DNA of 62,446 bases, filler included, from Globobulimina sp. (lineage: Eukaryota), in assembly GCA_003354225.1 (NCBI GenBank). It is 29 parts of 29 records of this genome, joined end to end, with 100 filler letters (N's around TTAATTAATTAA, not from the genome) between each part and the next. Parts side by side here need not be neighbours in the genome. Positions count along the whole stretch, not along the records: positions 49,613 to 51,668 come from PIVH01009389.1; positions 51,769 to 53,824 come from PIVH01009390.1; positions 53,925 to 55,980 come from PIVH01009391.1; positions 56,081 to 58,136 come from PIVH01009392.1; positions 58,237 to 60,291 come from PIVH01009393.1; positions 60,392 to 62,446 come from PIVH01009394.1; 23 more parts are not named here. One strand, given 5' to 3'. The translations under genes were made by a program, and so were the position numbers. Shown here in pieces: positions 49,613-61,491 of the stretch. Below the pieces are notes generated by a model. That model did no database searches and had not been told where the DNA came from. It saw only the letters and a list, made by a program, of their open reading frames with translations. Position 1 is the first letter of the stretch; every line of letters starts with the position of its first letter.

Positions 49613-50048
49613 ACCAAGAATAGGTTAAATAGAGACCAATGGAGATAGCGATGATTATTATGGCCAGTGCCAGGGAGATTTTTTTGCATTTTTGTGCGAG
49701 TGATTTTGTTTGCGGTAAGATTGGGAAAATTGTAGTCCATAAAAATAAGAATGATAGTCTTGCTGTAATAATACATGAATAATTGATATAATATAAACAA
49801 TAATTATTGTAAATATTTGGTTTATTATACAGTAAATATGAGAATATAAAAGACCATGAAGTCAATATGCAACAAATAAAAACAAATGGTATCAGAAATA
49901 ACAATGTTGGTTGACATGTTTTTAAAACGTTTCCATGATTTAAATCATAACTCCCACGACGCGCAAAATGCAGTGTTGATGGTAAATACCTTCGATATGT
50001 ATCATCCAAGCTAAATGGGTGTCTATTGTTTACGCCAAAGGAAGGCAT
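49613..50048 (-). CDS. Multi-pass membrane protein, N-terminal fragment
   Basis: Three hydrophobic helices. Confidence 0.55.
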
Positions 50049-50116
50049 CTTTCTGATGCTTTGGTGCTTAAAAACTTGTAGCTAGTGTTTTCAGTTAAAA
50101 CTTAAAAGCGTTTTTA

Positions 50117-51572
50117 ATGTTGATAATGGCAAGCACATCTTCCTTTGTGTTATTAGCATTACACGTAGTAAGCATCTTAAGTATGAATGGAGTCGATATT
50201 GGTTGTAATTATGTGAATATGGGTGGTATTGGCGTGTCTACAGAGTTCTGTATGACCGTTCCCAATACAACATATGCATTACAGTTAAAATGCAATGGGA
50301 CGTATAATGGAATTAATTTACAAGCATGGGTTGGTGAGAAATGTGACGGAGTACCAGTATCAATGAGTGATTTTACGCAAAATGTGGCAGATTTTTATTG
50401 CGATCCTGCCTATGACGGGATATTATGTCCAGACGTATCATTAAAGACATATCCTGGTTCAGAATGTATTGGCAGTGATTATGATGAATTAAGACTTATT
50501 ATTGACGAATGTTTTTATGCCGCACCAGGACAATATGTCGAAATCACATGTAATTCATCAGAAGCTGAATATTCATTATATAGCTCTAGTGATTGTAACA
50601 TGGATTCATTCCTAAATACCACACTGATAAATGAAGGTACATTCGACGGAGAGAGTGCTGGCTGTATTGCAGTGGATGGATGTGATTATAATCCAACCAC
50701 CACACAAAAACCAGAGATTATACTTCAAGACATTGGCTGTAATTATATGAATGCTGCTGGTATTGGCATCCCATTAAATGACAATTTGTGTGTTCATGGA
50801 CAGTATCGCGGCATGGAATGGTCTGTAAAACTCGCATGCAATCAAACGTATAATGGCGTTGCTGTTGAGATGTGGTTAGGCGATGAATGCAGAGCAACAC
50901 CGCAACACACACAGGTTATGTTCAATATTTTCGTGTCTGTCAGTCTTGAGATAATATACAGCGCTTATTATATATATACAGGATATGACGGGTTTGATGC
51001 CAGATTTCTTTTGTAAGGAATCTTACGAAGGAACGGAATGTGAGACAGTGACATTGGAGGCATATACAGACGATTCATGTTCGGGTGCTCCATTTGCGCA
51101 AATACAGGTTATTCCGGATAAGTGTTTATATGTCGATGCTGACTCGTATTTACAGCTCACGTGTTCTCCAGAAACAGATGAATATATGATGGCTACTTAT
51201 AGTTCGAAGGAATGCGATAGTGCTTCATTGGTAAATTTGCGACCAATTACACATGCTTCATTTTCTATGTATGGCCAGAATGTTGGATGTATGGATGCTT
51301 ACGGTGGTGGTTGTGGTGGTGGTCAATTTTCCACCACACAGAGTGCCACAAGCGATACAAAAAAAAGTCACACTTCAATGACAACAGTGGTTGGCATTTT
51401 TATCGGCGCGGTTTGTATTTTTGTAATTGTTGTTATTATATTTTTTTCAAAGAAAAAGCAATCGGCGCAAATTGCGCACGTTCAATTGGATGGGGGAGAC
51501 AATTTACAAAGGAATGAGGTTGAATTTGTTGAATCTGCCAATCATATTCAGATATTAAGCATCAAGTTTTAA
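50117..51572 (+). CDS. Type I membrane glycoprotein with a duplicated Cys-rich ectodomain; intron 50915-50981
   Basis: Signal peptide; two repeats starting DIGCNY.N..GIG; TM VVGIFIGAVCIFVIVVIIFF followed by SKKK. Confidence 0.85.
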
Positions 51573-51768
51573 ATCAAACATGGTATATACAAGGAAGGCA
51601 AGAAAACCCACACAAAGAAGTATTGCTGCAAACCAGATAGCTATGGGAATGAAAATTTGAATAACATTNNNNNNNNNNNNNNNNNNNNNNNNNNNNNNNN
51701 NNNNNNNNNNNNTTAATTAATTAANNNNNNNNNNNNNNNNNNNNNNNNNNNNNNNNNNNNNNNNNNNN

Positions 51769-52595
51769 TTCTTTCAAAAAGCATTGAAAAGTCGGCTGAT
51801 TTTATTGCGCAGGGAGAGCTAAGTGCAGCAGAAAGTCTGCTTAACCCGAGCCAAACACTCGCTCCGAAAAACCAGAAAGTAACCGCATTACTAAACTTGA
51901 TTACTGAAGAAAGACAATTATCGCAACACGAGCAACAATTAGAAAAAAAGGCATTGTCCAATCCAAACAATTTAAATAACGGATTTGCCAAACTCATTAA
52001 ATCAAATTATAATTATGATAAAAAATCGCAGAATTATATGAATGATGAACGTAACAAACAATTAGAATGTGAACAAAATAAAAAAATTAATGAATACCGT
52101 AAGAATTCAAAAAATAGAAAAAACAATCAGTATAAAAATGGTGGTCATGCAAATGTAAATAATTTTTATTTTACTAAATCTGGGAAACAATCCAAATTTG
52201 TAAATGATAATGGCAATGATGTTGGTGATATCGTGATGAATGGCGATGAATGGCGATGTAATAATTATTATAATGCGCCACAAATAACCAATGCAGTGAT
52301 TAAATTGTCACAAAGTAAAAAATTACTACTTTATGATCGAGTTTATCAGGATCCTATCCCCTGCGCAATACTATCGTTTCCAGATAATGAGCAGAATAAA
52401 TTTAATTTGAAATTAGCAGATCCAATCAGTCAAATTGTATGGATTGACCCCGAAGAATATGAGATTGTGTATAAAAATGATAAACGGTCACAAAAATATA
52501 TTTGTAAAATTGAAATTGCTCATAAAAAATATTATAACACAGGATCCGGATTAGGTTATGTTGGTGTTGATGGCCCAGATTTAACAGAATTATAA
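51769..52595 (+). CDS. Hypothetical protein, C-terminal part
   Basis: ORF of 232+ codons, open toward the contig edge. Confidence 0.55.
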
Positions 52596-53200
52596 TAAAT
52601 AATATATATTAATATACGCAAATTCGCAAATTCGAATTAATTTAATTAGTCGCATGTACATTTATAATATGATATTCATTTGGCCAATGATATAAGATGG
52701 CTAAATATATATAATTATATTGTTATGCTTTTTATGTACTTTGTATCTTGTGTGTCATGTTTTTTTTTAAATTTCAAATAAGAATTTAGAGTCACGCGTT
52801 GATCCCAATAATTAGTCCTTTTAGCGAGCGTTAACAGTCCATTCTATCGTTTTTGTGAATTTGAATTATTATAATATCTTTAATTGCGGCTTTTTCTGGT
52901 GTTCGACACAAGTAAATTGCTCACAAATATTGAGTATTATCTAATAATGGTTAAGAGTATATTTTGAAGAATTTTCTTAGTGTTTGTGTTTTCTTTTTTT
53001 ATTTCATATTTTTTCGATAAAACAGTGTTAGAACTCAATGTGAACCTTTATAAGATGTTTAATTAACCAAAACCATAATTATAACAAAAAAATTAAATAA
53101 AAGGAATCACATTAATTTGGTTTTTTATTTTAAAAAATGGCGCTCCAATGATTATATTGATGACTAGATCACTTCAAAAAAAGTTTTGGGTTTCAAACTA

Positions 53201-53255
53201 CAAACATGTACAAATTTGGTTGACAAAAAAAAGCAACTAAATTTGTACATGTTTG
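53201..53255. repeat. 22-bp inverted repeat hairpin
   Basis: CAAACATGTACAAATTTGGTTG-(11 nt)-CAACTAAATTTGTACATGTTTG, one mismatch. Confidence 0.85.
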
Positions 53256-53309
53256 CAATCAATACCAAATCGTCAATCTCTAGTCAAATGTTATAAGAAT
53301 TATTAATTA

Positions 53310-53824
53310 TAATTTACCAACACGGCTCATCTTCGCTTTCCGCATTGGCATCGTCCGGTTTTACCTCATCTTTTACCTCATCATCCTCCTCATCCTCATC
53401 CTCCTCCTCATTACCTTAAAATAATTATATTTAACACATAAAATATACAAATTCTACTAAACTTAAACCAGAGACTGAGTCCCTTTCTTTGTTTTCGTCA
53501 TCTTCGTTGTGTGCATCTACATCATCGGTTTTTATATTATTTCCCTTACTTTCTTCACTATCTTTTGTCTCATTTGCATCGATATCATTTCCCGGCGTTG
53601 TTTTACTCTGCAAATTGATTTCGGCAATGACATTATCATCGGACTCATGCTCATCATCAGATTTTCTTTCTTGATCATGACTTTCGACGGTGACCGGTTT
53701 CGTATTTACCATCGCATTCTTATTTTTATTTTCTTTTTGTGCATGGCCGCCTCTGTTATCCTGCCTTTTAGCTTCATATTCTCGTTTATTTGAGGACGGC
53801 GAGGTATGCAACCATTGGCAGGTA
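53310..53824 (-). CDS. Acidic low-complexity protein, C-terminal fragment (probable intron near 53416-53469)
   Basis: D/E-rich ORF continues as EEDEDEEDDEVKDE after an AT-rich GT..AG segment. Confidence 0.4.
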
Positions 53825-53924
53825 NNNNNNNNNNNNNNNNNNNNNNNNNNNNNNNNNNNNNNNNNNNNTTAATTAATTAANNNNNNNNNNNNNNNNNNNN
53901 NNNNNNNNNNNNNNNNNNNNNNNN

Positions 53925-55980
53925 GATGAATGACGGGTTGAAGCGGCCGCGCCGCCCATCGTCGCCTTGTCTGTTGTAATAATCGCGCGAACTGTCTCGG
54001 ATATACTTCAAATGCTCCAGCGTACAGATCTTGATCACATGCGAGCGCTGCTGCAATTGCTGTATCTGTTGCCCGTCTTTGCCAATCAAGGCCTTGCGCA
54101 CTTTGGCGGGGATCAACTCGAAATCCTGCTGCATCTCCAAAATGTTGCGCGCCTCCTCCGCCGCGTTGGCGTCAGTCGCCAATATCAGACATTCGCTCGT
54201 CTCCTCCTTCACATTCCGCACATTTATGTGGCGCACCTGAGCAACATTCGCAATCTGCATTGGTTTGGAGAATGAAATAGGTTTTAACTTGTTTGATTTG
54301 CTTGGCTCGCTGGATATTTTCGCCCTTGGTACCGATGACATATTTGGTCAAAGAGATGTTGAATTCGAAGCGAATGCAGACACATTTGCTCAGCTCGTCG
54401 TATTCGCGCTGCTTGGTCTTTTCCTCCAACTTGACCTGTTCTTCCTTCTTCTTGTACAGCTCTCGCAAATTCCACACGAATTTAATCAGCATTTTGGCGT
54501 CGTAGACGCGCCGTTTGTTGCCAATTAAGACCAACTTCTCTTCGGAGGGCGAGTAATTCAAATGGATTAACTGCGTTTGCTGCGCGATGCGCTTTAATTG
54601 AGACATGCTGGTCTCTGCGCGCTGCATCTCGTCGTTTACGACACGTAAATCGCGGCCAAACATTAAGTGCATGCTATTGTGCTGTTGACTGGATAGATCT
54701 GCGCCGGATTTGAACTCTGAGATTCGGTCTCGAGAAATGGTCAAATATTCCCGGATAATATGCTCGTCCTCAAACGGCTCCCTTTTTTAGTTTTTTTTGT
54801 GGTTATTCTCGCAAATTCGCACTCAAACACGCTTTGTCATATTTTGTTGGCAGTTTCGAGACAGAATATTCACACTTAACTGGTCGTTGTAGGGCCGTAA
54901 CATATTATGTTGCAATACTTCGTGATGATTATCCCAGCCTTCATACGTGATTAAATAAAGCTAAATATTGACAGAAACTTGCGGAAAATTCTAACATTTT
55001 GCGTAAATACTTAACATTGTCTCGCACGGTTTTGATGGTACAATCCCACCATCCATAAGGCTCAGATTCCTCTGCTTTGGCTTGACACTGCAAACAACGC
55101 AATAAATATTGTGACTCATCAGATAGAGAAAGCAATTAACTTCGACATGGTCGCCTTGCTTCGGTTTCCAGTTAGCTTCCAATGGGAGAGCCAGAGGGCG
55201 GACATAATTGACAGGGACAGACTGGTCCGGCTTCCATGGATAGGAAACCTTCAACTTTTCCTCTTTCTCGTCATAATCGAACACATAGCCTTCATAATAC
55301 GCAAAAGTTTCGTCGCATTTCACCTCATATCGCGTTCCAAAAAACATTTTGCTGTTCACGCCCAAGGAGGAAAAGGGCGGCTTTTTCTTGGATGTGGTGA
55401 GAGAGGCCAATGATTGTTGCGATGCGATGTCAGTGTCTTCTTTGTTGTCGATGGAGGCTTTGTTGTCATTGGCCGGTGTTTTGTTGACTGTTTCTGGTTT
55501 GATAGCGCCTTCCAATGTTTTTGGAGCAGGTTTGGTGTCGACGGGGGATAAATTGTTGCTTTCTTGGTTGGGATTTGCATTTTGAGTTTGTGCATTTATC
55601 GACGATGATATTGCGTTGGATGTAGCGGACTGTGTGGATTGCGATGCTTTGTTGTTGGCGTTGAGAGATTGCGATTGTGTCTGTAATGAGGACTGGTTTT
55701 GTGTGGGAGCTTGGGTTTGGGGCTGTGTTTGTTGATTGATTTGGGCGATGTTTATTTGTGTGTTTTGGGGTTGAGGGGGCTGTAGAGGTTGATGGGAGGA
55801 GGTTTGTTGTGGCTGCGGTGGCTGTGGTTGATATCTGGGCGCTGCAGATGGGTTGTTGTTGTTTGCGTTGCTGTATGGTTGGTGATATGGAGGTTGTGGT
55901 TGGACATAGCCGGACTGCTGGTTTTGGCTTTGTTGTGGTGGCTGCTGTGGTTGTTGATGATGTCGACGGTAATTGTTTTG
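53925..55980 (-). CDS. FMR1/FXR-like RNA-binding protein (tandem Agenet/Tudor, KH0, KH1, KH2), multi-exon, truncated at both ends
   Basis: YEVK..AYYEGYV..WKPDQSVP..VRP; GDHVE-CQAKAEESEPYGWW; VIGTKGENIQRAK; EARNILE..LIGKDGQQIQ. Introns at 55088-55140 and about 54237-54288. Confidence 0.8.
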
Positions 55981-56390
55981 NNNNNNNNNNNNNNNNNNNN
56001 NNNNNNNNNNNNNNNNNNNNNNNNTTAATTAATTAANNNNNNNNNNNNNNNNNNNNNNNNNNNNNNNNNNNNNNNNNNNNAATTTTAGTGTACTTTTAGT
56101 GACTTGGATGTAATATAAATAAATGCTCCCAAATGATTTCAATTTCTAATATATAACCACATTGTTGAGTTTTAACTATTTTGATAATTTTAAGAGTTGA
56201 GTATTTTGATAATCGCAACAGTTGAGATTGATAATTTATTTTTTGAGTTGCGACCACGAAATGTATCAATATAATCCTGCGACGGCCAAATTGAATAAAA
56301 CAATGTAAAAGCACATATATGAACAATTGGTCACATATATACTGAGTTCATCACGAAATAATTTGAAAGCTCCATTTACCAGAAATGAGG

Positions 56391-56457
56391 ATTATGAGTG
56401 ATTATGAGTACTGATCTCTTTCTCATTATGAGTGATTATGAGTGATTCATTATGAGT
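56391..56457 (+). repeat. Five copies of ATTATGAGT(G) about 50-120 bp upstream of the MADS gene
   Basis: Read directly; includes the near-palindrome CTCATTATGAG. Confidence 0.8.
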
Positions 56458-56508
56458 TTTAATTATTTCTCTTTGTTTTGTATTTAGTCACAAACTATTT
56501 TAAGTATA

Positions 56509-57120
56509 ATGGGCAGAAAAAAAATTCAAATCAAATATATCGAACGTGAATCAGTTCGAAAGGCAACATTCGACAAACGAAGAATTGGATTATTGAAGAA
56601 GGCAATGGAATTATCAGTATTATGTGATGCCGAAATTTCAGTTACAATCAAAAGAAGAGATCTCGGGGACCTCCAGGTGTACGCAAGCGATCCATTGGAT
56701 GACATCATAAAAGGATATCAAAACTACAGAGGAAATTATACATTACTTACAAACGACAACATTGATGAGTTGGTGCCCGGAAAAATGAGCGGAAGATACG
56801 CGGGCATTGTAATCAACAAAAAAGGCATTGTTTCTGATACTGCCTCAAACTATAACTACAACGGCAACGGCAACGATAATAACAGTTATAACACGAAAAT
56901 GCGCCATTTTGTTCCTGCCCCGTTCTTTGTGCCGCCGCCAATGCAAATGATGCCACCTCCTCATATGTATAATGCAGGAATGTATTCTGATTCTCCCTCA
57001 TTGATACAAAATTTATACAATGGTTTAATGGGCGATATCCCCCCACCGGTTTCTTCAAATGAGCCACCAAAAAAGAAATTTAAAGCAGACACTAAAGATT
57101 TGACTAACACAGAGGATTAA
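56509..57120 (+). CDS. MADS-box transcription factor (MEF2/type II-like)
   Basis: [39 protein letters not shown]. Confidence 0.95.
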   Translation: MGRKKIQIKYIERESVRKATFDKRRIGLLKKAMELSVLCDAEISVTIKRRDLGDLQVYASDPLDDIIKGYQNYRGNYTLLTNDNIDELVPGKMSGRYAGIVINKKGIVSDTASNYNYNGNGNDNNSYNTKMRHFVPAPFFVPPPMQMMPPPHMYNAGMYSDSPSLIQNLYNGLMGDIPPPVSSNEPPKKKFKADTKDLTNTED

Positions 57121-57242
57121 TTTATTGTGATTGATTAATTTCATGTTTCGTTGTTTGTTTATAAGTTTATTCACTTTAATTTATTGTTTTTATAAAATTA
57201 TAAAAAGGTTTTTGACTGAAACTTTATTTTTTTTTGTTAAAC

Positions 57243-58136
57243 ATGGCAGTCGTCCAACATGAACAAGCAGGGCCATCTTTGGCTCCTGTGGCAGGATTAG
57301 CATCTGCCATTGCAATGGGTGTTTATATTGGATACTCGATGTCGAAACCTTCTAATTTTAGATCATCGCAACAAAGATATCGTTCTGAAGCATCATATTC
57401 AAATAATGCAAGTAATTTAAATAATAATATAAACAATGCAGATTACTGCAATGCATCAACAAAAATAAGAAATAGAATATTTAAAACTTACGCATATTTC
57501 GCGGGCAGTATAGGTTTAACCGGATTATCTGCATATTTTTGTTTTAATTTTACTAAACAATCACAACATGCATTGGTTCAAATGAATAAACATCCAAAAT
57601 GGTATTTATTTACATCATTAATATCATCGTTGGCGTTGTTATTTGCAACAAAATGTACAAATTATGAAAAACGGCCAATATTAAAGCATTTATTATGGAT
57701 TGCAATGCATGTCAACGAAGGAGCACTTTTATCTGTTTTAGGATTCATTGGAGGGCCAATTATTATTAAAGCGGCAATATATACGGCAGCAATATTGGGC
57801 GGTATCAGTTTAATGAGTGCCTCCGCATCGGATGAGAAAATATTAAAATTAGGCGCCTTTTTAGGGATTGCTTTAGGTTTTTTAATGGGTCTCTCAGTCA
57901 TTGAGTTTGTTTATCCCTCCGTTGGGAAATCAAATTTATTTCAAAATTTAAACATTTATGGTGGTTTACTCATATTTGGCTTGCAAATGGCTTATGATAC
58001 AAAGAAAGTCTTAATCAAAGCAACGCAATTAAATCAAGAATATGACCCAATTAATCAACAAATGGGTTTATATTTGAATTCTGTCAATTTCTTTCTTGAT
58101 ATGATTCGATTAATATTAAAACAACAAGAAGAGGAA
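57243..58136 (+). CDS. Bax inhibitor-1 family protein (GHITM/TMBIM5-like)
   Basis: RIFKTYAYF, LKHLLW, GGPIIIKAAIYTA, YGGLLIF..YDTKK, YDPIN. Confidence 0.88.
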
Positions 58137-58437
58137 NNNNNNNNNNNNNNNNNNNNNNNNNNNNNNNNNNNNNNNNNNNNTTAATTAATTAANNNNNNNN
58201 NNNNNNNNNNNNNNNNNNNNNNNNNNNNNNNNNNNNGAATTTACAGTTTTTTACAGATTATTCAAAATAAAAACATTGAAAGTCAAAATTGAATTGTTAA
58301 AGGTTGTGTTTCATCGGGAACCATTAACATTTTATTATTAACATATTTTCCTTCCGATTATTCCTCTTCCCTGTAATCACTTTTTTTATCGAAACTGGAT
58401 TTTATCAAGAATTTTATCATTTCATTTTCTACTAAGC

Positions 58438-59517
58438 ATGGCAACTGATTCTGATTCTGCTTCACGTGAAGAGAATGTAACCGTAATAATTATGAATCAA
58501 TTAACTAAGTTTGGTTATGAGAAAGAGGAAGTCATTAAAGCTATGAACACAGTCAACAATAAGAATGATATAAATCTGATTATGGAAGAGATAGAAAACC
58601 AAAATGAAAAGAAATCCAATACAATGCTACTCAACGCAGCGCATGCAACAAATGATAAAAAAAAGAAGAAAAGTAAAGTAAAAAACGTTAACGTGAATGA
58701 AATATTATGTTTCTATGCATCTGATACATTGAGCAATAATTCTGCTGCGGATTCAGTGACATTACATTTAAGAAAATCACCGTTTGACTCAGCTCCAACA
58801 CATAACAAACATTCGATTATAATAAAAAAATTCTTAAAACATGATGTCCAAAATAATATTTATTACTTTCCGATTGGTACTAAACAATTCAGACTGCAAT
58901 TTGCAACATCACCTTTAAAATGGCCCAAAACGTATACCATTCTCATGTGGCTCCAATGGAAAAAAGGAGCGACAGTCACAACATTCGATTCTGACTCATT
59001 TACTCCGATTTATGGCAGCGGCAAAAGGTTGGGCTGTGCTGCAGGTTTGCATCTGGAATATATAATATACTGTATATTCTTTGATGTTTTGTTTGGTTTT
59101 AAAGGCCCTTTATGGAAAACTATCAATGACTATGAATTGGTATACAATGAATGGCAATGTGTGACAGTATTTGGCGGCGATAATATGTCCAGATTCTATA
59201 TTGGAGATTTATCGCATGAGCCGAAATCAATTGGGTATGTTGCTTGTGATATTGGTGGACAGACAACAGTAAGAATAGGGAATAGGCGGCAAGGACCGGG
59301 TGATGTGGCCTGCATTGTTGTATTTGATAAGCATGAACCGATGGAGTCATTGATTCAATTGTATTATGAGAGTATATTAATTATGGGAAATCATTGGAAT
59401 GTGAAGGATGCAGAAACTATAAAGAAAATATTAATGGGATATATTCAAATTGATGGCATTGTTTTAATTATTTTTCAGCTTATTTTAGGTCGTTTGGTTG
59501 ACCAGTTTAATTTATAA
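58438..59517 (+). CDS. UBA-like plus LamG/concanavalin-like protein; probable in-frame intron 59045-59104
   Basis: LTKFGYEKEEVIKAM; YTILMWLQW, NEWQCVTV, SRFYIG, RIGN. Confidence 0.6.
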   Translation: MATDSDSASREENVTVIIMNQLTKFGYEKEEVIKAMNTVNNKNDINLIMEEIENQNEKKSNTMLLNAAHATNDKKKKKSKVKNVNVNEILCFYASDTLSNNSAADSVTLHLRKSPFDSAPTHNKHSIIIKKFLKHDVQNNIYYFPIGTKQFRLQFATSPLKWPKTYTILMWLQWKKGATVTTFDSDSFTPIYGSGKRLGCAAGLHLEYIIYCIFFDVLFGFKGPLWKTINDYELVYNEWQCVTVFGGDNMSRFYIGDLSHEPKSIGYVACDIGGQTTVRIGNRRQGPGDVACIVVFDKHEPMESLIQLYYESILIMGNHWNVKDAETIKKILMGYIQIDGIVLIIFQLILGRLVDQFNL

Positions 59518-59899
59518 TGTTTGTGATGTGCAAAACTTTGCTTTTCATCTTTTAATTTTGTAGCATGTCAATTAATAACCACAAGCACCACAATTTCGTT
59601 ATTGACCCACCAGGTGTTTCCGACATATGCATGGATGCAACATCCTCATTTTTCCCTATCACAGCATCACCAAATTTATTCCCAACGACAACGCTTTGTC
59701 CACCTGAGAATAACACATCATTTTCTATGGATAAATGGGATGAATCCTTTGCAAATATAGGTGTCAATACTAGTCGCAACGTAAATAACTCATCAAATAA
59801 TTCATTGACAGACATTGGACCGGACCTCGGCAACAGTTTTTGGAAGTGGGCGTGTGGTGTGTTAGCTGATAATGGGTGCATCTACTGCATTCCTTCTGG

Positions 59900-60291
59900 C
59901 TTGTGGTTCCGGCCTTTTCGTCGGTAGATCTCCGCAAGGAGGCCCCTGCGAAGGCAAGGAAGGCCACGTATTGGCATTGGCCATTTGATGAGCTCACCGA
60001 GAACGGTGCCGCCACACCCGACGCCTCACCAAACAAGGCCCATGCCCGGCTCTCGGGGCAGGAGCTGTGTAAAGGCGTGATCGGCAAGGCGCTGCGATTC
60101 AAAGCAGGACACAAGGGGGTCGTCCTCGGAGATCTTGGCCTCCAGGCGCCGGCGACGCTGTGCTTCTGGCTGAAGTCAGAAAGCGCACAAGCCGACGGGC
60201 GAATTCTATCTCAGCTCGAAGGGTCGACGTTCCAGTCCGGATCCTTTCGCCTGACCGGCGGCAGCCTGCAGGTCTTCAACACACAGGCATG
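59900..60291 (+). CDS. GC-rich bacterial-like LamG-domain fragment (chimeric join)
   Basis: HWPFDE..TPDASPN..GVIGKALRF..TLCFWLK; abrupt rise in GC content. Confidence 0.65.
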
Positions 60292-60391
60292 NNNNNNNNN
60301 NNNNNNNNNNNNNNNNNNNNNNNNNNNNNNNNNNNTTAATTAATTAANNNNNNNNNNNNNNNNNNNNNNNNNNNNNNNNNNNNNNNNNNNN

Positions 60392-61448
60392 TCTAAATAC
60401 CTTATAACGCGCACAATCATATCATTTAAGTATTTGCAGTTGATAATATCCGCCACTTTGCACCGTAATTTCTCATCCGTTGCTAGGGTTTTTTGAAGTG
60501 TCTCAATCAATATTTTAGGTATACCTTCAAACGGGATCCCCCGCCCTCGGTTCATATGTTTTAGATGCGGCGCATTGGCAATGTTTAAGTTATTGACAAA
60601 ACGACGATATTCGTCTGCAGATTTCATCATATTTTCTCTGCGGATACCCGACTGAAAGCGGTGTAGTATGTAAGCGAGTCTACCAATGGAGAATACGTCA
60701 GATTTTATAGTCATTATATTCGAGATCATGATCTCCGGCGATAAGCAGGTAAATGGTGGGTAATATGGCAATTCCCGCTCGTTTGTAAAGTCCCATTCCA
60801 AGCGCGATTCGTCGTTTTCGGTGGCTACGTGCTCCGCGAATTGGAAACCAAACTAGACACAACACGCAATATCGCAATGCATTGCAGGCAGAGGTATTAT
60901 ATTTGGAAATGGAACTGAACTAATTTCCAGTCGCCAGTTTGTGTGATGTACACATTGGAGGGGTCAATAAATCCATGCGCCATATGAGCGTCATTGTGCA
61001 TAAACAAAGCAGCGTCGCATAATTGCGCTAAGCCAGAGCGTATTTGCAAAGCCCCGAATTTGAAATTACTTATTTTCTGTGGTAAACTGAATGTCGTTTC
61101 TGTAGTTTGTGTGGTGTCGCCGAGGATGTTGGACAAGGAACACATGACTCGTTCAGTCACGAAAGCCAATTCGCCACGGAATTCTTTGATGGGTTTGATA
61201 ACACGCAAACAATTGGGATGTTTGAATTTATATCCTCGTTCCACTTCTTTTTTCAACAGATTTATATATCGATCACCATCTTTACGCAATGTTTTCGGAA
61301 GTTCTTTTTTCGAGAATGTGAATATTGTCACTTCTTCTTTGCTTTTTAAATCCGTGGCGGTGTACAATTTCCAACAAAGTCCCAATCCGCCACTGCCACA
61401 TTGATTATCCAAATTGACATCATACTCTTTTTTAAGTTGGTTCCCCAT
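60392..61448 (-). CDS. SCY1-like (SCYL2-type) pseudokinase, 3'-truncated; intron 60853-60920
   Basis: MGNQ start, GLCWKLY, KHPNCL, AFVTERV, AHGFIDPSNVYI..GDWKL-FGF, SPE, SDVFSIG. Confidence 0.88.
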
Positions 61449-61491
61449 TGTATAACACTTGAAAGTTTTCTGAATCAAACATAAATAAACC

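Noticed and set aside
55758-56036. Hydrophobic plus-strand ORFs (V/W/L-rich)
   Set aside because: Antisense shadows of the Q/T/P-rich N-terminus of the FMR1-like gene.
2059-60391. Regularly spaced TTAATTAATTAA motif as a CRISPR-like, telomeric or nanochromosome boundary repeat
   Set aside because: It is always embedded in N-runs in a fixed 100-bp block between size-sorted contigs, so it is a concatenation linker.
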